This document shows positions 1 to 9,070 of a DNA stretch of 64,000 nt, in pieces. The notes under the pieces are model-generated. The model ran no database searches, was not told the DNA's origin, and saw only the letters and a list, made by a program, of their open reading frames with translations. The first letter of the stretch is position 1. Every line of letters starts with the position of its first letter. Source of the DNA: Candidatus Omnitrophota bacterium (GTDB lineage Bacteria > Omnitrophota > Gorgyraeia > Zapsychrales > JAHFFX01); contig JAHFFW010000011.1 in the NCBI GenBank assembly GCA_023247725.1, positions 5,089 through 69,088 of the forward strand, in the 5' to 3' direction. Position numbers and translations under genes: made by a program.

Positions 1-11
1 GAGGAGCAACC

Positions 12-413
12 ATGAGAAAAGTAATAATATTAAGTATGGTTTTGAGCTTGGCAGGCATCGTCGGCTGTGCGAGCACCACAAAAAGTTATACGTGGCAGGA
101 TATCAACAAAGAGGTTGGACCTAAAGTTCCCGAGCCGCATGGGTATCTGAAAGTTTATACAGAAACTACCGATACCAATGATGCCGATGTTCACCGTTAT
201 CCGCATTTGCCCTACACAATTTATTCACCGGAAGGGAAGAAAATAAAATGGGTAAAAAATAGCTGGTCGAGTACGGATGAATATCCAGAGGTGGTGGAAT
301 TAGTACCGGGAAAATATGTGATAGAGCCGGATGTCTGGACAACAAAAAAGGAAATCATCGGCGCAACTATTGAGGATGGCAAAACAACCGAGATTTATTT
401 GGCCGGGGAATAA
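12..413 (+). CDS. Hypothetical lipoprotein (signal peptide with lipobox IVGC)
   Basis: N-terminus MRKVIILSMVLSLAGIVGC matches a lipoprotein signal/lipobox. No recognisable catalytic motifs. Confidence 0.45.
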   Translation: MRKVIILSMVLSLAGIVGCASTTKSYTWQDINKEVGPKVPEPHGYLKVYTETTDTNDADVHRYPHLPYTIYSPEGKKIKWVKNSWSSTDEYPEVVELVPGKYVIEPDVWTTKKEIIGATIEDGKTTEIYLAGE

Positions 414-430
414 AAATGGAGGAGGAAAAA

Positions 431-1611
431 TGACTTTGATTAAAAGAGAGGGGGGGAGAATTTATTTTTTTGTTATTGGCATAATTGTCTTAGTGAGTTT
501 ATCACATACGGCATATGCTCAAACAGAAAATAGAGTCTTGTCACAGGAAGAATTATCAACGCATGTGATCGGGCTTGAGAAAGAAGTCCAAGATTTGAAA
601 AAGATTATTCAGCAGCAAAATGAGATCATCAATAAGTTGAGCAGTAAAGCTGAAGAACCCAAAACAGAAAGTATCGCTGCTGTTCAAGAGAAGCCCAAAG
701 AAGAAAAATCACCAGTTTTGGCCGGAATGGGCAAGGTAGATTTGAGCATCCTTCTTCAGGAATGGTACGTTCACGACGATCATGCGAAAGATAATTTTAA
801 ACATCGTCGACTAGAAGTAGGTTTAGGCGGTAAGCTCGAAGATCATCTTCTTTGGAAAGTTCAGATTGATCCTTCGTTGGTGCAAGAAGACAACACAACC
901 CGCAGTATCCTTAAAGATGCTTATGTGGGTTATGACGATATTCCGCATCACGTTATTCAATTGGGTCAGTATAAAATTCCGATTACGGAAGAGGGATTTC
1001 GATCTTCAGCCAAGATTGATACGATTGAACGTTCCTTTATCGGACGAACTTTCGGCGATAAACGTGATATCGGTGTAATGGCTCTCGGTACTTGGAAGTA
1101 CGCGGACTATCAGCTCGGTGTATTTAACGGCGAAGGACCCAACAAAAGCGATACCAACGATCAAAAAGATTTAGCAGGGCGATTTGTTTTGAAACCATTC
1201 CCTGATAACGCTTCACTAAAAGGGTTTCAGGTTGGTTCTTCCTTTTATGTTCGACCAACCAATAAAACAGCGAGCGAAAAGAAACGCATCGGCGCTGAGG
1301 CGCGTTATGAAAATGGACCTTTTTCATTAAAATCAGAATTTATGAAAGGACAGGATGCCGCTGTGCCGGAAAATGGCTGGTATGTTCAGACAGGATATTT
1401 TTTCCATCCCCAATGGCAGGCCATTGCCAAGTATGAGGGATTTGATCCTAATGAAAGAAAGGACGACGACCGGGAATATGACACCACGGTCGGATTAAAC
1501 TATTTTCTGATTGATAAGAAAACGAAGTTACAACTTAATTATATTCATAAGAATGTCCTTGGAGGGACGGATGAGAATCAAGTCATCGGCGCCGCTCAAT
1601 ATGCGTTTTAA
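431..1611 (+). CDS. Outer-membrane beta-barrel porin, phosphate-selective porin O/P-like, with N-terminal coiled-coil segment
   Basis: GGAGGA RBS 5-10 nt upstream of ATG at 431. Signal anchor, short coiled coil, alternating-hydrophobic beta-strand pattern, and a C-terminal ...QYAF aromatic terminus typical of OM barrels. The ORF-track start at 331 overlaps the upstream gene and is unlikely. Confidence 0.5.
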
Positions 1612-1619
1612 TATTTTAT

Positions 1620-1649
1620 TTGACAAAAAAACTTTCCTTGCAATAATAG
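1620..1649 (+). promoter_or_regulatory. Sigma70-like promoter upstream of rpsA (TTGACA - 17/18 nt - ATAATA)
   Basis: TTGACA at 1620-1625 and an AT-rich -10 (AATAAT/ATAATA) at about 1643-1648, roughly 70 nt upstream of the rpsA ATG. Confidence 0.4.
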
Positions 1650-1716
1650 GGTACTTTGGATTTCCTCTGCATCGCTTCACTTCCGAAGAATCCATCCTAA
1701 AGAGAGGTTATTTTTT

Positions 1717-3267
1717 ATGCCCGAAGACAGAAAAACCTTGATGGCCCAGCTGTATCACAGCACCCTTAAAGATATTAAGGAAGGAGAGATCGTCAAGGGA
1801 ACCATTGTTTCGATTAATCCCAAAGAAGTGGTCGTTGATATCGGCTTCAAATCCGAAGGATTTGTGGCGATTGAAGAATTCCGTGATCGTGACGAGCTAC
1901 GCCCGGGTCAGCAAATTGATGTCCTTATTGAATCCATTGAAGACGAAGACGGACGTTTGGTACTTTCAAGGGTCAAGGCCGAAAAAATGAAAGGCTGGCA
2001 ACAGATCATTGATGATGTCAACGAAGGCGACATCGTCGAAGGCCGGGTCATGAAGCAGGTCAAAGGCGGATACATCATCGATGTTCAGGGCGTCGAGGCC
2101 TTTTTGCCTTTATCCTTATCTTCCTTCCGCGGCATCTCCAATGAAGAAATCATGGCTAATAAATATCGATTCCAAGTGGCGAAGATGAACAAACAGCGCC
2201 GCAATTTGATCCTTTCGCGACGGGATGTGGTGCAGAAGGAACGCGAGGAGGTCAAGGCCAAATTGTGGGATGAGTTGGCCAAAGGGCAGCGCCGCGCCGG
2301 GACGATTAAGGGGATTACGGATTTTGGCGCCTTCGTTGATTTGGGCGGCGTCGACGGGCTTTTGCATATCACCGACATGAGCTGGTCGCGGATCAGTCAC
2401 CCTTCCGAAATCGTTGCGATCGGGGATAAGATTGAAGTTCTGATTCTGGATTTTGATCGTGCCAATTCCAAAGTTTCTTTAGGGCTCAAGCAGATCCAGG
2501 CCAATCCTTGGAATGAAGTCTACGAAAAATATCCACCGGGAACTCGCGTCAAAGGCAAGGTCGTGAACATCATGCCCTACGGTGTTTTTGTCGAGATTGA
2601 CAAAGGCATCGAAGGGTTATTGCATTCCTCCGAAATCTCCTGGCAAAAAAAGATGGTCAATCCGCAGGAAGTTTTCACGATTGGCGATCAGATCGAAGTC
2701 CAGATCATCAATGTGGATAAGGATTCCAAGCGCATTTCGCTCAGCATGAAACAGCTCGAGGCGAACCCCTGGCTCGAGGCTCCGAAAAAATTTCCCGTCA
2801 ATACGAAGGTCGAGGGCAAAGTCCGGGGGTTTACGGATTACGGGGCCTTCGTTGAACTTGAATCCGGTTTGGAAGGCATGATCCACGTCTCGGATATGTC
2901 CTGGACCAAGAAGGTCAATCATCCGCAAGAAATCCTCAAAAAAGGGCAAACGGTTGAAGTCATGATCCTCGCCGTCGATGCCGACAATCGCAAGATCACC
3001 TTAGGGCTCAAGCAATTGACTCCTAATCCCTGGAATGAGATCGCCTCCCGTTATCCGGTCGGTACGGAAGTAGATGCGGAAGTCGTTCTTAATTCGAACT
3101 TCGGTGTTTTTGTTAAACTAGAAAATGATTTGGAAGCCTTGGTTTACTCCTCCGAAATCGACAAGGCGCAAGCCGCCGCCCTCAAACCCGGAGACAAGTT
3201 GAGAGTCCGGGTCATTAAGGTTGACGTCGAGCAGATGAAGATCGGTGTGAGTACTCGCCTTAGTTAA
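1717..3267 (+). CDS. rpsA: 30S ribosomal protein S1
   Basis: 516 aa with six tandem S1 (OB-fold) repeats. The N-terminus MPEDRK...[20 protein letters not shown] is typical of S1. Confidence 0.93.
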   Translation: MPEDRKTLMAQLYHSTLKDIKEGEIVKGTIVSINPKEVVVDIGFKSEGFVAIEEFRDRDELRPGQQIDVLIESIEDEDGRLVLSRVKAEKMKGWQQIIDDVNEGDIVEGRVMKQVKGGYIIDVQGVEAFLPLSLSSFRGISNEEIMANKYRFQVAKMNKQRRNLILSRRDVVQKEREEVKAKLWDELAKGQRRAGTIKGITDFGAFVDLGGVDGLLHITDMSWSRISHPSEIVAIGDKIEVLILDFDRANSKVSLGLKQIQANPWNEVYEKYPPGTRVKGKVVNIMPYGVFVEIDKGIEGLLHSSEISWQKKMVNPQEVFTIGDQIEVQIINVDKDSKRISLSMKQLEANPWLEAPKKFPVNTKVEGKVRGFTDYGAFVELESGLEGMIHVSDMSWTKKVNHPQEILKKGQTVEVMILAVDADNRKITLGLKQLTPNPWNEIASRYPVGTEVDAEVVLNSNFGVFVKLENDLEALVYSSEIDKAQAAALKPGDKLRVRVIKVDVEQMKIGVSTRLS

Positions 3268-3287
3268 TCAGCTGCAACATCCTCGTT

Positions 3288-4460
3288 ATGCAGATCGAAG
3301 AACAGCTCCAAACGATATCTCGGGGAACCTCCGAGATCATCAGCCTCGAGGCTTTGACTAAAAAACTGCATGAGAGCAGCCAATCCAAAAAAAAATTGCG
3401 CGTCAAGGCGGGTTTTGATCCGACCGCACCAGACATCCATCTGGGGCATGTCGTCCTTCTGCGCAAGTTGAGACAATTCCAGAATCTGGGGCATGAGGTT
3501 TATTTTTTAATTGGCGATTTTACCGCTCAGATTGGCGACCCGACAGGCCGAGACCAGTTGCGGCCGAAAATGGATAGCGCGCAGATCAAGGCAAACGCCC
3601 GCACTTATAAAGCGCAGGTTTTTAAAATCCTCGATGAGAAAAAAACAAAGGTGGTTTTTAATAGTTCTTGGCTGAGTAAAATGGATACTTCCGAACTCCT
3701 CGAATTAACCCAGCATTGTACGGTGGCACAGATGCTCGCACGCGCCGACTTCAAGAAACGTTTTGAAGAAAATAAGGAAATCAGCCTCCTGGAATTTCTT
3801 TATCCCCTTCTGCAGGGATATGATTCGATTCACTTGAAGGCCGACGTGGAATTGGGTGGTTCGGATCAGAAATTTAATTTATTGATGGGACGGCAATTGC
3901 AAGAAGCCTATCGTGTGCCGGCGCAGGTTGTGATCATGATGCCTTTATTGGAAGGGACCGACGGTGTGCAAAAGATGAGTAAATCCCTCAATAATTATAT
4001 TGGCATTGAGGAGCCGCCCAAAGAAATTTTCGGGAAGATCATGTCCGTGAGCGATGAGTCGATGATGCGGTATTTTGAACTCCTGACGTCCCGCGACCTC
4101 AAAGAGGTTCACCGGATGCATCCGCGCGCCGCCAAGATGGATTTGGCCCAGGAAGTCGTTTCTCAATTTTATTCGATCCGGCAAGCCCGGCAATCCCGGG
4201 AAGATTTTGAGAAAACCTTTAGCCGGAGGCAAACTCCGGACGATGTCATCGAGTTCAAATTTCAACCGGGGGTTTCTTTGAGTCTGAGTGATATTCTTTT
4301 GCAAAACCATTTGGTCGAATCCCGCAATGAAGTGCGGCGCCTTCTTAAACAGGGGGCCATCAGTCACGAGGGCCAAAAAATCGAACGAGAGGACTGGCCG
4401 ATCCAAGAAGGTGTGCTCAAGGTGGGTAAACGAAGATTTCTCAAACTGGTCCAGGCCTGA
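3288..4460 (+). CDS. tyrS: Tyrosyl-tRNA synthetase
   Basis: Class I HIGH-type motif (PDIHLGH) and KMSKS motif, with a C-terminal S4-like domain. TyrRS-like overall. Confidence 0.9.
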   Translation: MQIEEQLQTISRGTSEIISLEALTKKLHESSQSKKKLRVKAGFDPTAPDIHLGHVVLLRKLRQFQNLGHEVYFLIGDFTAQIGDPTGRDQLRPKMDSAQIKANARTYKAQVFKILDEKKTKVVFNSSWLSKMDTSELLELTQHCTVAQMLARADFKKRFEENKEISLLEFLYPLLQGYDSIHLKADVELGGSDQKFNLLMGRQLQEAYRVPAQVVIMMPLLEGTDGVQKMSKSLNNYIGIEEPPKEIFGKIMSVSDESMMRYFELLTSRDLKEVHRMHPRAAKMDLAQEVVSQFYSIRQARQSREDFEKTFSRRQTPDDVIEFKFQPGVSLSLSDILLQNHLVESRNEVRRLLKQGAISHEGQKIEREDWPIQEGVLKVGKRRFLKLVQA

Positions 4461-4523
4461 GACAGACAGAATCATAAGTTAAATAAATATCTATAATTAA
4501 GTCTTTAAAAGAGAACAAAGTTC

Positions 4524-4552
4524 TTGACATAAAAAATCGTTTCCATTATACT
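4524..4552 (+). promoter_or_regulatory. Strong sigma70-like promoter (TTGACA-17-TATACT) with AT-rich upstream region
   Basis: TTGACA at 4524-4529, a 17-nt spacer, and TATACT at 4547-4552. It sits in a 366-bp non-coding gap after tyrS. Confidence 0.45.
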
Positions 4553-4599
4553 TCTGCTTTACCTTCTTAAGCCTTGGAGCTTCCCCAAAAAATCTTGCC

Positions 4600-4695
4600 A
4601 TGAAATCTCGACATCTTTTAGCGATGCTGGTTTTTTCTGTGCTCTTAGCGACAGCGACGGATGTTTTTTCTGGATCGATTGAAGTTAAAAAGTAA
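4600..4695 (+). CDS. Possible small hydrophobic peptide (31 aa, MKSRHLLAMLVFSVLLATATDVFSGSIEVKK)
   Basis: A short ORF downstream of the promoter with a signal/TM-like hydrophobic core. The only GGAG lies 20 nt upstream, so translation is uncertain. Confidence 0.15.
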   Translation: MKSRHLLAMLVFSVLLATATDVFSGSIEVKK

Positions 4696-4829
4696 ACAAC
4701 GTTATCAAGAATCGAACGAGGGAGAAAATTTGTTAACCTTGGCCTGGGACGTGGATTTGGATCTCCCGGTTGACAAAATGGCACAAATTTTCAGATGTTT
4801 AGTGGATTGATTCTCGAAAGGAAAAGGTT

Positions 4830-5033
4830 ATGAGACTACGAATTATTCTCGAACCAAGCGACGAAGGCGGATATACCGTTATCGTTCCCTCCTTGCCAGG
4901 CTGTATTAGTGAAGGAGACACAAAAGAAGAGGCTCTCACCAATATTAAAGAAGCGATTGCGTTATATCTTGAACTCGTTGAAGACGACCAAGTTTTTAGT
5001 CCCAAAAGCGAAAATTTAGAAATTAATGTATGA
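4830..5033 (+). CDS. hicB: HicB-family antitoxin (UPF0150, RNase H-like fold)
   Basis: The 67-aa product reads ...YTVIVPSLPGCISEGDTKEEALTNIKEAIALYLE, the conserved HicB N-domain. It overlaps hicA by 4 nt. Confidence 0.8.
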   Translation: MRLRIILEPSDEGGYTVIVPSLPGCISEGDTKEEALTNIKEAIALYLELVEDDQVFSPKSENLEINV

Positions 5034-5257
5034 CCAAAGTGCCGAGCGTCAATTATGAAAAAGTCATCAAGGCGTTAAGAAGAAATGGCTGGGTCGTGGT
5101 TCGACAGAGAGGAAGTCATATCAGATTGCAAAAAGAGACAACAGAACGCGTGCTGAAGTTAACTGTCCCTGCGCATCGCCCGATTAAACGTTCCACCTTA
5201 GCGCATATTCTGAAACAAGCGGAGATTTCGGTAGAAAAATTTATAGAACTCCTATAG
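5030..5257 (+). CDS. hicA: HicA-family mRNA interferase toxin
   Basis: 75 aa with ...KVIKALRRNGWVVVRQRGSHIRLQ..., the HicA/YcfA dsRBD-like motif with a catalytic His. Confidence 0.8.
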   Translation: MTKVPSVNYEKVIKALRRNGWVVVRQRGSHIRLQKETTERVLKLTVPAHRPIKRSTLAHILKQAEISVEKFIELL

Positions 5258-5492
5258 AGATTAAAACATGGAGCATGCTTTTTGGGGATCATCATCTGGA
5301 ACAAAGATTATGGTCATCTGCCCCTGTCCCGGCTCTCCTCAAAGGTTATTGCGGTCGTTGGTGCCGGGGCAAACTGTCCGGGAATATATTTTGATTGTTT
5401 ATGGTCGTTTGCCCCTGCCCTTGCTGTCTAGTAAAGATTTATTGAAGCAAGGACCGGGGCATGCCTCTCTTTAAAAAATATTATGGAAGCAT

Positions 5493-5565
<73 letters not shown>

Positions 5566-5596
5566 TTTCTAATGCAGCATCGAGATTTTTAAAGCC

Positions 5597-5749
5597 ATGC
5601 GCGAACAAATTCAGTTAGAATGCACCGAGTGTCGCCGGATCAACTACAGCACGACCAAAGATAAGAAACAGAAGCCCGAAAGGCTTGAGCTAAAGAAATA
5701 CTGCCGGTTTTGCCGAAAACACGTTCTTCATAGGGAATTGAAGAAGTAA
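5597..5749 (+). CDS. rpmG: 50S ribosomal protein L33 (Cys4 zinc-ribbon form)
   Basis: A 50-aa ORF absent from the ORF track because it is under 60 aa: [50 protein letters not shown]. It has two CxxC pairs and the classic tRNA-rpmG-tRNA-secE-nusG context. Confidence 0.85.
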   Translation: MREQIQLECTECRRINYSTTKDKKQKPERLELKKYCRFCRKHVLHRELKK

Positions 5750-5823
5750 TTGGAGTCTTGCCCGTTCGACCCTGGGTCAACCATATCACCAAGGTGTCAC
5801 GAAGATAATCCTATAAAAGGTAT

Positions 5824-5900
5824 AGGCCTGTAGCTCTAATTGGCAGAGCGACGGTCTCCAAAACCGAAGGTTGCAGGTTCGACTCCTGCCAGGCCTGCCA
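5824..5900 (+). tRNA. tRNA-Trp (anticodon CCA), CCA end encoded
   Basis: Hand-folded: acceptor AGGCCTG/CAGGCCT, anticodon loop CTCCAAA, T-arm GCAGG-TTCGACT-CCTGC, discriminator G plus CCA. It sits upstream of secE as in many bacteria. Confidence 0.85.
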
Positions 5901-5939
5901 TGAACCAAAAAGGTTCATGGCCTGCATGAATCGCAGCCG

Positions 5940-6125
5940 ATGATCGCAAAAATCCGAAAATTTTTTTCCGAAGTCGCAGTGGAATTAAAAAAGGTTTCCT
6001 GGTCCACCCGTCGAGAATTAATCGACTCGACCTGGGTCATTCTCATCAGCTCCAGCATTTTGGGAGTTTTTATCGCCATCGCCGATTTTATTTTTTCTAA
6101 ATTATTAGGACTGATCATTCGTTAG
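5940..6125 (+). CDS. secE: Preprotein translocase subunit SecE
   Basis: 61 aa with a single C-terminal TM helix and the ...ELKKVSW.T... motif. It lies immediately upstream of nusG. Confidence 0.85.
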   Translation: MIAKIRKFFSEVAVELKKVSWSTRRELIDSTWVILISSSILGVFIAIADFIFSKLLGLIIR

Positions 6126-6128
6126 TCT

Positions 6129-6659
6129 ATGTCCATGAAATGGTATGTGATTCACACCCAAACCGGGGCCGAAGAAAAAGCCAGGGCCGGCTTAGAAAGC
6201 CGGATTCAGAAAACCGCTTTAAAAAATTATATCGGGGAGATTGTTGTTCCCACCGAACAGGTCTCCGAGATCCGGGGAGGCAAAAAACGAATATCCGCGC
6301 GCAAGTTTTTTCCCGGTTATATCCTGTTAAAGATGGAGATGAACAAAGAGAGCTGGTATTTGGTCAAAAGCACTCCGGGCATTACCGGTTTTATTGGTCA
6401 TGGGAACATTCCATCGCCTTTAACCGAAGATGAAGTCAATAGGATCTTGAAAAGGACTCAGGAAACTGAAACGAAACCAAGTCCCAAGATCGTTTTTGAA
6501 TTGGGAGAGGCGGTGCGAATTTCCCAGGGGCCGTTCGCCAATTTTAACGGAACGGTCATGGAAGTCTATCCGGACCGCGGCAAACTCAAGGTCAGTGTCT
6601 CCATTTTTGGCAGGGCTACGCTCGTCGAGATGGAATACTGGCAGGTCGAAAAGGTGTAA
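6129..6659 (+). CDS. nusG: Transcription termination/antitermination factor NusG
   Basis: NGN domain (KWYVIHTQTGAEEKA...) plus a C-terminal KOW domain (GEAVRISQGPFANFNGTVMEV). Confidence 0.92.
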   Translation: MSMKWYVIHTQTGAEEKARAGLESRIQKTALKNYIGEIVVPTEQVSEIRGGKKRISARKFFPGYILLKMEMNKESWYLVKSTPGITGFIGHGNIPSPLTEDEVNRILKRTQETETKPSPKIVFELGEAVRISQGPFANFNGTVMEVYPDRGKLKVSVSIFGRATLVEMEYWQVEKV

Positions 6660-6886
6660 TGATGGGAATCTTAACTCGATTATTTAGAAGCCGAGGGAAT
6701 AATTCCACGTCACAAGTTTTTAACGTTGAAGATAATATAAAAGTAAAGACCGGAGCGTTTAAAGATTTCACGGGCATCATCAAAGAAATAGATTTAAAGA
6801 AAAAGAAACTTCACGTTGCAATTACAGGTCTTCCGGTATCGGAAGCGTTAGTTGAATTTGATTACTCGCAAGTTGAAAAGGTTTAA
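6659..6886 (+). CDS. Standalone KOW-domain protein, a paralog of the NusG C-terminal domain
   Basis: 75 aa with about 40% identity to the NusG CTD of the preceding gene. Both end ...(E/D)YxQVEKV. The start overlaps the nusG stop (TAATG). Confidence 0.6.
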   Translation: MMGILTRLFRSRGNNSTSQVFNVEDNIKVKTGAFKDFTGIIKEIDLKKKKLHVAITGLPVSEALVEFDYSQVEKV

Positions 6887-6892
6887 ACTCCT

Positions 6893-7318
6893 ATGGCAAA
6901 GGAAGTGATCGCTCAAATCAAATTGTACGTCCCCGCCGGACAAGCGAATCCGGCGCCGCCCGTCGGTCCAGCCTTGGGCCAGCATGGCGTCAATATCATG
7001 ATGTTTTGCAAGCAATTCAACGAAAGAACGAAAGGCAGAGAGGGGCTCATTCTGCCGGCGGTCATCACCGTTTATAAAGATAAGTCTTTTGAGTTCATCG
7101 TCAAGTCGCCGCCCAGTTCCGTCCTCATCAAAAAAGCGGCCAATTTGGCAAAGGCGTCCGGAACCGCAGGAAAAGAGAAAATCGGTTCCATTACCCGTAG
7201 GCAAGTTCAGGAGATTGCCAAACAAAAGATGGAAGATTTGAATACCGCGGACATGGCCGCCGCTCTCAAAATCGTCGAGGGCACCGCGCGCAGTATGGGT
7301 ATTGAAATCAAGGATTAA
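6893..7318 (+). CDS. rplK: 50S ribosomal protein L11
   Basis: [36 protein letters not shown]..., the L11 signature. Confidence 0.95.
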   Translation: MAKEVIAQIKLYVPAGQANPAPPVGPALGQHGVNIMMFCKQFNERTKGREGLILPAVITVYKDKSFEFIVKSPPSSVLIKKAANLAKASGTAGKEKIGSITRRQVQEIAKQKMEDLNTADMAAALKIVEGTARSMGIEIKD

Positions 7319-7322
7319 GATC

Positions 7323-8003
7323 ATGAACCGAATCAACAAGCGCATGAAGCAGGCCAGCGAAACCTTTGATCCGACGAAGGTCTACACGCTCGAAGAGGCC
7401 ATTGCCAATCTGGAAAGATTTCCAAAGGTAAAATTTGACGAAACCGTGGAATTGCATCTGCATTTAAATATTGACACCAAACTTTCCGAGCAGGGAATCC
7501 GCGGCACCGTTGTTTTGCCGCATGGGACCGGCAAGAAAGTTCGCGTGGCCGTTGTTTGTAAAGGCCCCCAACAGGACAAAGCCAAAAGCGCAGGAGCGGA
7601 TCATGTGGGTGCCGAAGAATTGATTGAAAAAATCAATAAAGGCTTTATGGATTTTGATTGTGTGGTGGCCAGCCCCGACATGATGCGGGAATTGAGTAAG
7701 CTGGGAAAGATTTTGGGTCCACGCGGACTCATGCCATCTCCCAAAGCCGGGACTGTGACGACGGATGTCGAGCGGGCGGTGAAAGAAGTCAAGGCCGGAA
7801 AGATCGAATTCAAATCCGATAAGCAGGCCGGAATTCACGTCGGAATCGGCAAACGGTCCTTTGCGCGGGACCAAATTTTGGAAAATGCCAGACTGGTGAT
7901 CGATGCCATCAATGCCTCCAAGCCCGCATCGGTTAAAGGGAATCTCGTCAAAAGCATTTTTGTCAGCACCTCGATGGGGCCAGGATTAAAGGTGGGATTA
8001 TGA
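7323..8003 (+). CDS. rplA: 50S ribosomal protein L1
   Basis: L1 fold motifs. The start was chosen at MNRINKRMK... (AAGGA RBS) rather than the overlapping ORF-track start at 7302. Confidence 0.92.
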   Translation: MNRINKRMKQASETFDPTKVYTLEEAIANLERFPKVKFDETVELHLHLNIDTKLSEQGIRGTVVLPHGTGKKVRVAVVCKGPQQDKAKSAGADHVGAEELIEKINKGFMDFDCVVASPDMMRELSKLGKILGPRGLMPSPKAGTVTTDVERAVKEVKAGKIEFKSDKQAGIHVGIGKRSFARDQILENARLVIDAINASKPASVKGNLVKSIFVSTSMGPGLKVGL

Positions 8004-8530
8004 CCAAAGTTGGAAAAATTTATCGCGATGGATTGGCTTCCCGAATAGAGGACGGAGTAAAAAATCGCAACACCACGTTGGTCATGAGCTATACCGGAGT
8101 TTCGGCGCCGCAGATGAATTCCTTGCGCAAGGAGTTGAAACAAAAAGGGGCCAAGGTTTATGTCTCGAGAAAAACAATTGCCGGAATCGCCTTGAAAGAA
8201 TTGCAGTTTGATCAACTGGCCAGTCGGTTGGATGGTCAGACCGCTTTTATCTGGGCCGATGGCGATTCTACGGAAGTCAGCAAGACCCTCGTCAAATTTG
8301 CCAAAGAATGCAAAGGCATCCATATTCTCGGAGGTATTCTTGAGGGCTCTCTATTAGAGAAGGCCGATGTGCAGAAACTCTCCGATCTGCCTTCTCGGGC
8401 TGTGCTGTTATCCCAGCTTTTGGGAACCATGCAGGCTCCGTTGTCTCGGCTGGCCGGAGCACTCAATGCCAAGACTCAGGAGCTTTTATCAATATTAACG
8501 CAGTTGAGTGAACAAAAGGAAAAAAGCTAA
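8000..8530 (+). CDS. rplJ: 50S ribosomal protein L10
   Basis: L10 N-domain (MTKVGKIYRDGLASRIEDG...). 4-nt overlap with rplA. Confidence 0.93.
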   Translation: MTKVGKIYRDGLASRIEDGVKNRNTTLVMSYTGVSAPQMNSLRKELKQKGAKVYVSRKTIAGIALKELQFDQLASRLDGQTAFIWADGDSTEVSKTLVKFAKECKGIHILGGILEGSLLEKADVQKLSDLPSRAVLLSQLLGTMQAPLSRLAGALNAKTQELLSILTQLSEQKEKS

Positions 8531-8578
8531 CAACGACCGCATCCAAAATTTGGGTCGTCATTCAAGGAGGTAGTAACC

Positions 8579-9004
8579 ATGTCAGAAGCAACCGTAACCG
8601 AAAAAAAAGAACTTGCGCCCAAATTGGAAGAAGTGGCCAAGGCCATCGAAGGCCTGACCGCTTTAGAGTTGTCCGAACTCGTGAAGGGCCTGGAAGATCG
8701 TTTTGGTATTAAAGCCGCCGCACCCATGGCTGGCATGATGATGGCGGCGGGTCCCGCTGCTGGTGGATCTGCCCCTGCCGCTGCGGAACAGAAAGAAAAT
8801 TTTGACGTCGTCCTCAAGGAAGCCGGAGCGAATAAAATCGCCGTCATTAAAGAAGTTCGCGCGGTCACGAATCTTGGTCTCAAAGAAGCCAAAGATCTCG
8901 TCGAGGCTGCACCTAAAACCGTCAAAGAAGCGGTCCCGAAAGCGGAAGCCGAAGAATTGAAAAAGAAACTCGAAGCGGCTGGCGCCAAGGTTGAATTGAA
9001 GTAA
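8579..9004 (+). CDS. rplL: 50S ribosomal protein L7/L12 (long Ala/Met-rich hinge)
   Basis: N-terminal dimerisation domain, hinge [18 protein letters not shown], and the C-terminal domain ...[18 protein letters not shown]... Confidence 0.93.
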   Translation: MSEATVTEKKELAPKLEEVAKAIEGLTALELSELVKGLEDRFGIKAAAPMAGMMMAAGPAAGGSAPAAAEQKENFDVVLKEAGANKIAVIKEVRAVTNLGLKEAKDLVEAAPKTVKEAVPKAEAEELKKKLEAAGAKVELK

Positions 9005-9070
9005 TGTTCATTTTCTCATTTTAGCGAAATTTCAATCCATCAAGCTTTTTTCTAAGGAGAAATCCTTTCC

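Noticed and set aside
331-430. Upstream extension of the porin ORF to ATG 331
   Set aside because: It overlaps the lipoprotein gene. A GGAGGA RBS precedes ATG 431 and the signal-anchor sequence begins there.
1511-1741. 76-aa ORF spanning the porin stop to the rpsA start
   Set aside because: It covers the promoter/UTR of rpsA and overlaps two supported genes in other frames.
4497-4784. 95-aa minus-strand ORF in the tyrS-hicB gap
   Set aside because: It has a low-complexity PNPRPRPR segment, is antisense to a strong + strand promoter, and has no RBS. It is likely non-coding.
6140-6433. Alternative-frame 97-aa ORF inside nusG (and similar alt-frame ORFs within rpsE, secY, IDH etc.)
   Set aside because: They are internal to conserved genes in the wrong frame.
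9005-9070. Possible attenuator between rplL and rpoB (AAGCTTTTTTCT)
   Set aside because: A T-run is present but no convincing GC stem precedes it, so it is left unannotated.
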